DNA of 64,000 nucleotides, taken from Zygnema circumcarinatum SAG 698-1b. Its lineage: Eukaryota > Plantae > Zygnematophyceae. The notes beneath the pieces were generated by a model that saw only the letters and a program-made list of their open reading frames with translations, was not told where the DNA came from and searched no databases. Positions 46,502 through 57,448 of this stretch are shown piece by piece. Each line of letters starts with the position of its first letter. Position 1 is the stretch's first letter. The stretch lies in assembly GCA_037447605.1 (NCBI GenBank), contig CM074813.1, positions 2,480,001 through 2,544,000 on the forward strand. Reading direction: 5' to 3'. The position numbers and the translations under genes were made by a program.

Positions 46502-47370
46502 GACTGGTGGAGAGGAAGATAGTGGGACTTACCCAAATGAGGGGAACTCAAAAGATAAGGAAGTGAGGGGCAATCCATATCGACTTCAGATGGGTGAAAT
46601 GAAACGCTCAGGAAAGTGACGAGTTCCATTTGGCTCCGAGAACTCCCGAACCTGGTAATCCCAATCATCTGTACCATCCCTTTTCATCCAGATTCTGGAG
46701 CCTTTCAAAATGCGAAATGACAGTTGGAGAAGGAGCTGCAGCTAATGGTCGGGGGAGGATGCTGCTAAGGCGCTTTATTCAGTAGCAGAAATCAAGCTAA
46801 TCTCAGAAACTGAGAGGAGTCCGGCTGATATGCAGGCCACGAGTGTTGAAAGGGTCCGAAAACTACCATTTGAAATTTGATTTGAATGCTTTGTATATAC
46901 TGCTATGGAGGGAGAGGCCCCGGGGTGTTTAGAATGCATGCGGCTTTTGTGCCTGCATTAGCTGACGATGACGTTAATTGGGAAGTAGGATATTTCACGG
47001 AGCACACATGTGCCTGTTTGTTTCTCAGTTAGGATTGTAGGTCCGTCAGGGACGAGAAATGACTAGAAAGCTATTTGAAAGGGCACTTTTAAAACATTTT
47101 TTTTTTTTTTTCCTCGACTCGTGGCCTAGTTTTGACTAGGGTTGGCAAACTAGTCACGGGAAAGTAGCTGAGGAGAAAACAACCTCGAGTAAACCGCGCC
47201 TAACGAGATTGTCACTGCGAAATTCAAAAGTCCTAACCAGTCGGTCAACCAACCAGTTAACCGTTGTCTTAACCGGGTGCTGCTAGTCGTGATGCGATTC
47301 CCGTGGCCACGGGTAGCAGCTACTGCTAACGAACAAGATGATAAGAACAACCTCACGAAGAATAGTACGG

Positions 47371-47787
47371 TTATTTCACTGTTGCCGATGAGCCGATGAG
47401 CTTAGCATATTTTACTGTTTTATGATTGATCTCCTCGTCAGAACTTGTCGAACTTGATGTCACGGTTGCGTTTGGACTGCGTTTCTGGGGGACGGTGACG
47501 TCGTGAGCTCCTCTGGTTGGTCCTGGGCTTCGCTTCCGATCGCCGACGGTACTATTGAGGTGATACTCTTCCAGCAGGCGATGGAAATACTTCTGGAGTC
47601 GTGCCCGGGAGAACAGACCATTTTGAAGGTGAATGTGACAAAATGCGTGCCAAAGCATAAGGTACGTTTTAGGCACTGAAGTTGTGGATTGCCGTTGGTC
47701 TGACCATGACGACGCCATCAGCTGTACGTGGACAAATACAACATGTAGAACCCACGTGGGGCAGTCATAAATGATCTGTAAATGCAA
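47371..47787 (-). other. Unassigned ORF, possibly the terminal exon of an unknown gene or LSM1 downstream sequence
   Basis: 138-aa open frame with an internal acceptor-like TACAG|CTG. No family recognised. Confidence 0.2.
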
Positions 47788-48452
47788 AGTAAGGCTATGA
47801 GGGGAACTCTGATTCCAGGCCTACAACAGGGCCCTAAAACCAGGCACGGAAGTTGATACCTGCGAACTTTCCATTTAATAATAGGCCGCATCTCTGAATT
47901 TTCAGAGACAACCATGAGTCTTGAAGAGTAGTTATGTTGGGTTGTTGTTTCAAGATTCGCTGTTTGTTTGTGTTATTCTAATAAACTCAAAACCTCCAAA
48001 AATAAAGGATAATGTCACTCCAGAAACTCTTCAAACATTGCACCAATAGCTCTTACATGCAATTTCCTTGCGAAGGCCTGTTCCTCTGAAAACATCCCAG
48101 CAAAAAGCAAAAGAACAACTAGAGAGCAAAAGCCCTGCTATTATTGGTTCCTAATGATGCTTAAAAAAAAAAAAGGATTATTGACCCCCTCCCTCTTTTA
48201 GAATTCGCAGGACCTATCTTACATCTAACTGTAGATCAAATTGAAGCTAAATCTTCTTCTTTAAATTTTCTAACAATGTTGCAGATCTGTGTCATCCCGA
48301 GGCGTGCCCTCAATGGCCTGCAATAAACACTTCAGTCCAGAGGGTGCTCAAACCGCTCTGAGAAAGGAGGGGAAGGTCACAGAGGGAGGAGAATTGCGCT
48401 GCGGTTAAATTTTTAAGGTTACAAACGAGCTCTTGGAGGTACTTAGCATTTT

Positions 48453-50404
48453 TCATTCAAGGTCCAAAAACTCGCCCATCCGTTTGCGCATTGTTCCTTT
48501 CAATTCAGTGGCCTCCTTCTCCTCCTTCTGTGCCTGAAGCACACAGTGTACAGAAGAACATTTCTGTGCATGTGTTCCAAATTGCAACTAAAGATAGCTA
48601 AATAAGAATCGCACACACACACTCTATGTCCCCCCCTCCCCCCTCCTCCCTCCCTCCCTCTCCCTCTCATTTAAGGGTTTTCGAAAACACTTTCGTCCAA
48701 GTGCAGTTCACCCACCTTTCGTATTTGAGCAGGCGAGACCCGCACCATGTGGGGGGGAAGCTCCTGCATGTCAGGGTCCTGTAAAGTGCCCAGCACAGAA
48801 TGCATCCATTTTCTCTACAATGGGTGAGGAATTGCCTCCGAAAGGAAGTTGAAACCGCACCACCAAGAGAAGTGCATACGAAAAACATATGTCTCACTAC
48901 AATGACAAAAGACTGTCAGAGTCTGCAGCTAAGCCATCAAGCTGCACAAGGACCATGATACAAGACGTCGAACAAAAGACATACGGACCAGCAAATTGGC
49001 AGCCTTCAACTATGTAATCGCAGCATCTTTATTCACGCTGATGTATAAGTTGTATAGCTCGCGCTCACCAAACCGCCGATAAGAACAACATTTTCACCGC
49101 GGACGATGTAGAGACCTAACGGAAGATCACAGAAAGTGTCTCCCACAATTATGCGCTCGACAGCATGCTCCAACACCACATTTGCTGCCCCACCATCATT
49201 GTGTCAAAGGAGGAGGCATCAGCCTCGAAGTTGCAAAGTGCTTTGGAAAAAAAAACAAAATGACATGCCAAAACAGCTGCATTGGCAGCATCAGCATTAA
49301 AAACACATCTAGCAGCTTAGACACTGCTAAAGAAAGATACACATCTCTAGAAAGTTACCACTATAAGGCTCCATAACTTGTTGAGTTGATCATGAAGTTT
49401 AATCATATCCGTAAATTTTTGATTGTGGCAAAGTTACCTTGGTTGTGGTAAGATATTACCACAACCAAATTAGCAATACCAAAGACGCAGATTCGACGAA
49501 ACACTTCGTGCACAGCTCAACATAAAGATACCCGAAGGCAAAATTTTGTTGCACTCTTCTCCGATTCTGCCAGTCTTAAGGACCACCTTCTCAGCCAGCG
49601 TACCTTTTCAAAATTGAAGTTGTTTCGTCAATAACTGTTCTTTCTTTGGTTTTTCTGTTCTGTTCTTTTACTTAGGTGGACTTTAAATGAACTTCAAAAT
49701 AAAGAAATTTGCAAATCGATCTTATGATTGATGCTTAGCCAACATGCAGCATGTGGTTAGGATTTCCAATGGCTAACCCAAAAATAACGTCGCTTATAGT
49801 CGCGTTACAGTCACTCTTTTTATCATTTCACGGTTGGCAAACTTGCTTTGGTTAGAAAAAAGAGATTGGCAAGATCGGCCGCTGCTTCTGTGGTTCCAGT
49901 TCCAGTTTCTACTCTTTGGCTCATACATATGATCACCTTCGGCACCTCCGCTTAACCCTAAAATCTATTCTGAGATTCATCAACGCCAGAACTTCTAACA
50001 ACGCGAGCATCTCGTCTCCACTAAAAATCCAAACAACCCGAAGCCCAGAAACATCATCTAACGACACCCGTTCCTCCGAAAGGCCTCCCGCCATGTATCC
50101 TTCCCCAACTTCCGCAACCCTAAAGCGCCAACCCGACCCCCTCCAAAGCCCTGAAGGGCCTCCCCCATATGCGCACCGAAATGGTCGAAGGAGCGTAAAG
50201 TGCCGAGCAGCTTGCGACCGTCCCGCAGCATCACCAGCAGCTTTTCTGCCCGCCGCCCGGCCTGCCCCTCAGCCCTGCTAAACCCTAATCCTGCAGGAGG
50301 TGATGACGGCAGAAAAAAACCCAGTCATCCTTTAGTGTTTTTGAGTTCTCACGGTCGAGGTCCAGCGCTAGGCTGGCGGTGCCGGGCAGCGCCTCCTCGC
50401 CCAT
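48453..50404 (-). CDS. LSM1: Sm-like protein LSM1 (mRNA decapping activator), 5 exons
   Basis: MGEEALPGTASLALDLD|QKLLVMLRDGRKLLGTLRSFDHF|ANVVLEHAVERIIVGDTFCDLPLGLYIVRGENVVLIGGL|DPDMQELPPHMVRVSPAQIRK|AQKEEKEATELKGTMRKRMGEFLDLE*. Confidence 0.93.
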
Positions 50405-52306
50405 CGCCGCTGCTCCTCCGGCATGGGCTGCCACCTGGCACCTCTCTCCTACCTCTCCTCGTGTCCAGACGCCACGTGGCGCGCCCTGAAGCACCTGCTC
50501 CCGCCTCCTCCCTCTCCTCCCTCTCCTCCCTCTCCTCCCTCTCCTTCCTCTCCTTCCTCCTCGCCCCCTTCCCCCACCTCTCGTCCCCTCTCTCACTCTC
50601 CAAAAGTCGCGCAAGGAGAGGCGGTTTCGGTTGCGATATATCGCGGTATCCAATATACAATATCGTTTACGATACTAGTATTCGATATTTCTGTATAATA
50701 TCGACAACTGTACCGTATCGGATCCCAAAATATTTTCGGATATACTTTATGCGTCCTCCAAATTTTCCTTCAGGAAAAAAAATTCCTGAGAGCTGCTCGT
50801 GATATTTGACTATATAAAGAAACACGACAACTAGATCAAGATTTACTGGCTTCTTATGAGCATCTAGTTGGAGTTGGTATTTTAATTTCTTTAGCGTTGA
50901 TATTCATTGCCCGCCCCTTGGGCGACCAAAAAACGCCTTGAGAACTTAAGAAAGTGGCGTGCTGAGTTGGTGAATCTTTACCAACCCAATGGAGAAGCGG
51001 CAATGATCATGGCTGTTTGTACTTTAGTACTTGCTTCTGGCTGTCTGGCAATGGCTTCCATAGCAGCACTTCCTATTTGCAAATAAAGAAATAGTTTTAG
51101 GGATAAACTGCTTAGCAGCAAAATTTGATGTAATACTTAATGATCAACTGTCAATCAGTTTGGTAGATGTACAAGCACTTTTAGATAAATTTTTAGGTAG
51201 GCATTGTTTTTGTCACTAATTTTAACTGTGACCTTGATTGCTGACCGCCACCGTATGCGCTGCAATGCTGCCGAAATTGCGGAGTTCTGTTTTTCGCTCC
51301 CCCCCTGACAGCAGCAGGTGAAGAGCATCCTGCACAGGAAATGCCTCGGCGGAACAAAAGAACGACGTATATAGGTTGTCTCTCCCTAATCCTGCTAGTG
51401 ATCTGCGATGTAAATGTGAGTCACAATTTGACGCTCAATCCGAAAGTATTACATCTCATCTTGTGAACAGGGTTTTGAACAAAACTGCAAACCCTCTCCT
51501 TCTTCGGCCCTGCAGAGAGCGACAGCAAACGAAAATGTTGAGATGCCTTTAGCTTGATATGTATACAGACGATTTGTTTCCGACTGTGTAATTCAGCACT
51601 TTCCCTCAATACCGCAAACATCACGAAAGGTAGATCATGCCCTTTGAAATTAACCGTCGTGAATGGAGTCAGTGGATAGTGATGTTTAGAGGCCGCCCCA
51701 GCCCTCGCAGGGAAGGTACAGCTGTTGTCAAGGCCTCCGTGTCTCCCCTTCTGGGAGAGGAAGCTTCTCTCCGTCCTACCACTGAGGGACGGCTCAAAGG
51801 TTGCCGAGTAGTTTGAGAGCTGCTGCGGAGGCAAAGAAAGAAAGAAAAACGAGAGAGAGTAAAAAAAAAAAGAAAGGTGTCAGGATGGCTGTATAGAGTC
51901 CATTGAGACAATTTATGAAGAGCAAACAAATCTGTAGTTCGCCTTTTTCCGTTGCCGATCCGCCTGCAGAGATTGGCCCGCCCTTACCTCCACGTGAACC
52001 TTACTTTCGCTTGCCCGATTGCCACTCACAATTCTATGCTCCTTTTCGCCCGCTAAAGTTGCCGGATCATCTGATGGATGCGTGTGCTTCACTAAAGTGT
52101 TCAACATTGTCAGTACGTGTGACTGCGGCCCCTCCATCCGTATCTCAATTCCATGGATTTTCTCCCAATCTCCTATCAAGCTCAGCACTCCTCTCTTCTC
52201 TGGCCTATCACAACTGTCGTTTCTATCATCTGCTCTAAATGGGATTCGTTCATCCACTGAATCTCTGACACATGGCGCAACATCACTAGCTCTCTCTTCT
52301 TCTGAA

Positions 52307-53796
52307 CTACTTCACTTTTCCAGATTTTTTCTTCTCCTTTTCACCGGCTTCCCTCTCTAACTCCTTCAACAACATTTGCACTTCGTCAGTGTTTGCCAGA
52401 TCCTTCGGTGTCGGTGCTCCCTTCTTGTTGGGCAAATTGAGCAGTTGTGGGCTTCTTCTCGCTACTAGTCTAATAATAGGCAAATATCCTCCTTGGACAG
52501 CATAATGTAAAGGACTGAAACCCTTCTTGGTATTGCTGTTCGCTTTGACAGCTGCCCCCAGCAATGTGCGAACAATCTCCGTATGCCCTTTCTGACATGC
52601 AAAGTGCAAAGCTGACATGTCATCGACAGCAGTAGCACCAACTGCTGCATTATGTTCACAAAGTAGTTGAACCATTTCCGTTTGCCCAGCCCACGCTGCC
52701 AGATGAAGTCTGTTGATAATCAAGGAGAGCATAAAATGCTTCAGAGAGTACACTGCAGGGCCTTTAGCACATTCGTCCAGTAAGTCTAGGAATAGTTGCG
52801 TCAAGACCACACAATCTGCAGAGAGGATATCGCATCAGAAACTTGCAAGTTCTGTTTAAACTCTGATTTGAAGACTCCAGTTACCGAGAATTTCACGATG
52901 GCGGATAAGTTCTTTGGCGTATATACTAAAGCATAGACAGCTCCTCGTCTTCCTTCCAACAAGCCAAATGACTAGATTTCCTTGTCTCCATAAATAACCT
53001 TTGAACACAAAGGTGACAACCGATAAGAATGCAAGGCCAAATTCCTGAGTTGGAATCTACTGGAAAATCCTTCTAGTTCACTACATAAGGAGATCCTGGA
53101 TACTCGAAGTCAGTCAACAGATAGGAAGTTAGCGATCGTATACATGCGTTTTGAAAACACAGAAAGGAACGAAAGCGAGACAAGTGGAAGAGACCTATGG
53201 AAGGGATACACTTGCCGCAAAAACTCAAAATAGAAGATAACAACGGCCGAGCAGGTCAGACAAAAGTAAAACATTCAAATTTCTTGCCGTTTTAATCTAT
53301 TTATCTTTCGAAAGGAAATTTTATCATGTCATTTTAAAGCAGTAAGAAAAAATGAACCTTCAGACAAAGAACACGCACAGTGTATGGAGATAAAGAAAGG
53401 GCATAGGAGAGGAAACGAGGGGAGTGGAAAAAGATACGGTGTCCTGTAATGTGTATCGCGAGCATTCAAACTCGGTTTGCAAATTAAGTTTGCACAACCA
53501 ACCTGAAAGTGTCAACCTTGTTTGAAATACTGTCACCTCGAAGGGCTTCCTCTGATTGTTTCAATGTCGATTTCCCCTGTTTTAGGGAGAATTTGAAAGA
53601 TGCGTTGGATAACCCGGCCTTTTGCAGTCTTACGAAATCTCTCTGTAAATAAAACAAGCATTCGATATGGCATCATGCTCCACTCGCACTGTGCAAAAAC
53701 CAACCGGAATGGAAAAAAAAAATGAAAAAAGAAAAGAAAAGAAAAAAAAAACATATTAGCACAAGCACAAGCATACAGTTTTCCAGTACGTACCAT
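52307..53796 (-). pseudogene. Ankyrin-repeat gene (At4g19150-like), probably pseudogenised at its 5' end
   Basis: The junction LNARDTHYRTP|LHLAAWAGQ (53438/52709) and exon 52709-52307 (SALHFACQKGH, SPLHYAVQGG) are intact. The frame upstream of LNARD carries two in-frame TGA codons. A candidate ATG|GT micro-exon sits at 53796-53794. Confidence 0.6.
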
Positions 53797-54012
53797 TGCT
53801 GACTGTGCTTGAGTGGGCGAACGGAGTGAGCCATTTCGCTCGCAGGCTGTGGTAGGGAAGCTCGCGTCGCTCGCCAGCCTACGGGCTGCGAATTTTTTTT
53901 CGGGCAGAATCTGGGCGGGCCGGCGAACGATCTGGACAAAAATTTGTGAAGGTGTCAAGGGCCCTGTTCAAACGCGTCCCCTCGCCGCTTCTCTCTCTCT
54001 CTCTCTCTCTCG

Positions 54013-54568
54013 CTCTCTCTTTCTCTCTCGCCGGGCAACCGGAGAGGATGAGTGAGTCCAAGAAGAGTGAGTCCAAGAAGGCGAAAGGCTCCCTAAGTGA
54101 GTTAATTGAATCACTGTTAAAAGACGTAGAATTTGGCTAGTAATTCATTGGTCAGAGAAGCTCGCGTGGACCAGTGCTTTGAGGAGACGGCGCTTTCTAA
54201 TGAGGAGGAGTTTTTTCACTTCTTCAATACGGGAAACCGGTGAGATTTTATTTTCGACTCTTGTTTTGAGAAATTGCGTTGTTACTTTTTTTCTTGTTTG
54301 AACTTGTGATGAGCAAAAAGGAGTTAAATCTCACTGGTTTCTCGTATTCAGGAGGTGAAAAAACTTCTTCTCCTCATTAGAAAGCTCCTCATCCTCCAAA
54401 GTATCGGTTGACACGAGCCTCCCTGAAGTCTTCGATGAATGTCAAGCCAAATTTTATGTCTTTTAAGAGTGATTCAATCAAGTCACTTAAAGAGCCTTTT
54501 GCCTTCTTGGACTCACTCTTCTTGGACTGACTCATCCTCTCCGTTTGCCCGGCGAAAGAAAGAGAGAG
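54013..54568. repeat. Long fold-back inverted repeat (arms ~54013-54248 and ~54326-54568, 77-bp spacer)
   Basis: Hand alignment gives roughly 80-85% identity. Each arm is a CT-rich leader plus ATG exon plus GTGAGA donor. Confidence 0.93.
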
Positions 54569-54796
54569 GTACTTGTAAGTGGATCAATACACTGGCCCCT
54601 TTCTCGTCAATAGCTTTCTAAGCAGTAGCTTTCTTTGCACTGCACGATGGTAAATGGTTCGTCCAACCACTCTAATTACATGTGGTTGGGTTCTCTTCGT
54701 TTTTCCACTGTCTTGAAATGTGCATAACAATTCATGTTATGTTATGTTGCGTTATGTTATATCTGTGCTTAACTTGGGCAATGTTTATGATGGCAG

Positions 54797-56083
54797 GTAT
54801 CTGTCGTCCAACGGACTGACAAGCGGAATCCCTTCCTCCCTTGGCAGTTTAGCCTTCCTTTCAGAACTGTATGTGATACAGCTTCCCTTAGTTAGCCCGC
54901 CATCTTGTGCTCTATTATAGAGTAATGATGATGTAACTTCCTCAGTTAATGATTGGTCCTAATTTTGACATGTACTTAGCAGAAAGTCAACCAGTCGCAA
55001 ATACGTTTCCATGCAATAACCTTTTTATGTTGCCAGCCTTCTTTGTCGCTTGAATTTTACAAATCCAAGACGAAACTCTTTTTGCAACTTGCATTGCTTT
55101 TCATTGCTGTGATCCATTGTTGAAAGCCCATGCTGCAGCTTGGGACGTCATAATGTTCTAGAGCACTCTAAATAGGAAAAAAACCAGATAATCGAGTCAT
55201 ATTCCAGGTTCTCTTTAGCTGTAATTTCATTAGCTGTCACACCTTATCGTATTCCAAAGCTCCAACCATGATACTGTTTCGATTTATGAGCATGGCGATT
55301 ATTGCACCAAGTCACGGAGCCATTCGTCCATGGAATCCCCACATAATTTTTTTTTCCTGCGTCCAATAGAGTACGGCATATTAAAAACTACAATTATTTA
55401 CATGTTGTTTAGAATTTCTGAAGTTGACACTCCTTGCAATGGCAGAGATTTAAACGATAACCAACTGGTTGGTGCAATTCCCTCCTCATTCAGCGGTTTG
55501 ACCTCCCTAACGTACTTGTAAGTGGACTTACAATGTCGCCTTTCTCTTCTGTACCTTTCTGACTGTGACTCACAATAGTCAATGGTTTTCTCAACCTCCC
55601 TATATTTTACTCTACTTCAAACTTGGGCAGCCATTCGCTCAAAGATCATATCCTTTGAGATCGGCCAACTCAGACATTTGGAAAGCCTGGAGCTCAATTC
55701 TTCTCTGTACTGGAGTTTAATAACTGAATTTTCCTACTCTCAGTTCTGTGACACTGAAAACTGTTTTCTAATACCACAAGGGAGTGGCAAACGCACCAAA
55801 GCACCTCCAGCTTCTATTCCTAGTTTCTTATTTCTAGAGGTTCCTAAGGGTAGCAAATCGGTAAAACATCCACATTGCTGTACATGAGAAACATGTTTTT
55901 TTGCAATGACAACTGCCTTTACCGAAATATCGGTAATGACTTCCCTGGCCCTCGTCATGGCTGGTTAAGATTCGCAAGTTTTTTTGCCTTCCCTTGTTTT
56001 ATAAAGGCTCTGAGCGGGAGCTTGTACGGAAACAAGTTACATGTCATCCCCTCGTTTGGCAGTCTGACCTCTCTGTTGCTGAT
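54797..56083 (+). pseudogene. Isolated leucine-rich-repeat exons (LRR receptor-like gene remnant)
   Basis: 72-nt AG/GT-bounded exons at 54797-54868 (YLSSNGLTSGIPSSLGSLAFLSEL) and 55446-55517 (DLNDNQLVGAIPSSFSGLTSLTYL). Degenerate units near 55650-55705 (EIGQLRHLESLEL) and 56018-56083 (SLYGNKLHVIPSFGSLTSL). No signal peptide, TM or kinase seen. Confidence 0.75.
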
Positions 56084-56394
56084 ATGACTGGTTGGTCTTT
56101 TCCTCGTCGAACGGTGTTGTATCTGTACACAGTGAAGAGATGATTTTGGAATAGGCGTACTTTCTTGCCATACGAATGGATGGGACATTTCACAGAAAAT
56201 AAATTAGAAATTTGGAATTTTGAATAGGAATTTAAAAAGGGAGTTTCTTACTTTTAAACTAAACTGGTAGAGACAGCTGTATGGCAATAAAGCTGTGTCA
56301 AAGTGCTCGTATTTCTCAAGCATACTGATCACATGAAATCAGTGTTCATCTGCATGCGTCACTCCCCATTTTTAGGAACCTTGTTTAAACAATT

Positions 56395-56519
56395 TTTTTT
56401 TTTTCATTTTTCTTTTTTATCCATTCCGGTTGGTTTTTGCACAGTGCGAGTGGAACATGATGCCATATCGAATGATTGTTTTATTTACAGAGAGATTTCG
56501 TAAGACTGCAAAAGGCCGG
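56395..56519 (+). repeat. Inverted copy of 53614-53740
   Basis: The ~100-bp core (56421-56519) differs from the reverse complement of 53614-53712 by two substitutions and one 1-bp indel. Confidence 0.92.
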
Positions 56520-56692
56520 CCGCCGACAAGTGGCGCAATAATAACAGCCCCTGCAGTAGGAGCTTTTGTTCTTTACTCACTCTCTGCAGTGAATTTCTAC
56601 GGTGGACTCCAAATTCGACCCTCCCCCTTTTTGCAGCACACTGTTGAACGTATGGGGAACGACTCATTGAGTGTCAGCAGAAGTTGGCTGAG

Positions 56693-57118
56693 CTAGAAAG
56701 TCTGCTGCGGCCTTCGATAAAAAGCAGGAGTGGATATAACGGCAATGGTGGAAGGGGGGAGCAACCTTTGGAAGAAGTGCTGCCATCTGCAATGTAGAAA
56801 CTGCATCAAGCTTTTGTGCATGTGGCTGCTCGGGTGAGCCCACTTGCCCTTATCATCAGTATAAGAGCATACGCTATGAGGACAGTCCTTGTGAAGTTCT
56901 TGGATGATATGTTTAGCCTCTGGAAGTGTTTCCCGAGAGATAAATCCAAATTCACATGATATCGGTTCTGAAATCATCTTTTTGCTTGTGTCACACTTCA
57001 CAAACGTGCAGTGATTTCCACATAACTTCTTAGCCTTGTTGTTTAAGTCGTACTTGGAACCACATCTTTCCAGGATTCCATGTCGGTTCGCATACATGTA
57101 TGAAAACCACCAGTGCAA
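56693..57118 (-). other. Unassigned Cys/His-rich ORF fragment
   Basis: 141-aa open frame with protein-like composition. No family recognised. Confidence 0.25.
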
Positions 57119-57448
57119 AGAAAAGACTGCATCCTCTATATTGGAGGTTTAAGAAGCCGTGATGATTGGAGAGACCAATGGTTTTAGTAGATTGAAGAGT
57201 AAGGAAACTCTAGCACGGTCGGCGACATTCCTATAGGAATGCGTTGCATAGATTCTGACGAGGCACCCTCGTTCTTTTATTGCATGATCAGCCTATTTCT
57301 TTGGCAACACCTGTCTCCTCACAATGGCACAGCTGACGACTGTGTTTTTCACTTTTATTTGATCTTTCCAAGCACTTTTTTTATTTGGTGTTTGGTTTCT
57401 TAAAGCGCCAAAAGAGGTGTGTTGACTGTGACTTTTGCATGGCTACAG

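Noticed and set aside
54013-54190. G:U bias across the whole fold-back as proof of RNA-level selection
   Set aside because: The outer stem contains C:A, A:C and G:G mismatches. The bias is confined to the inner ~57 bp, and five events are too few to be decisive.
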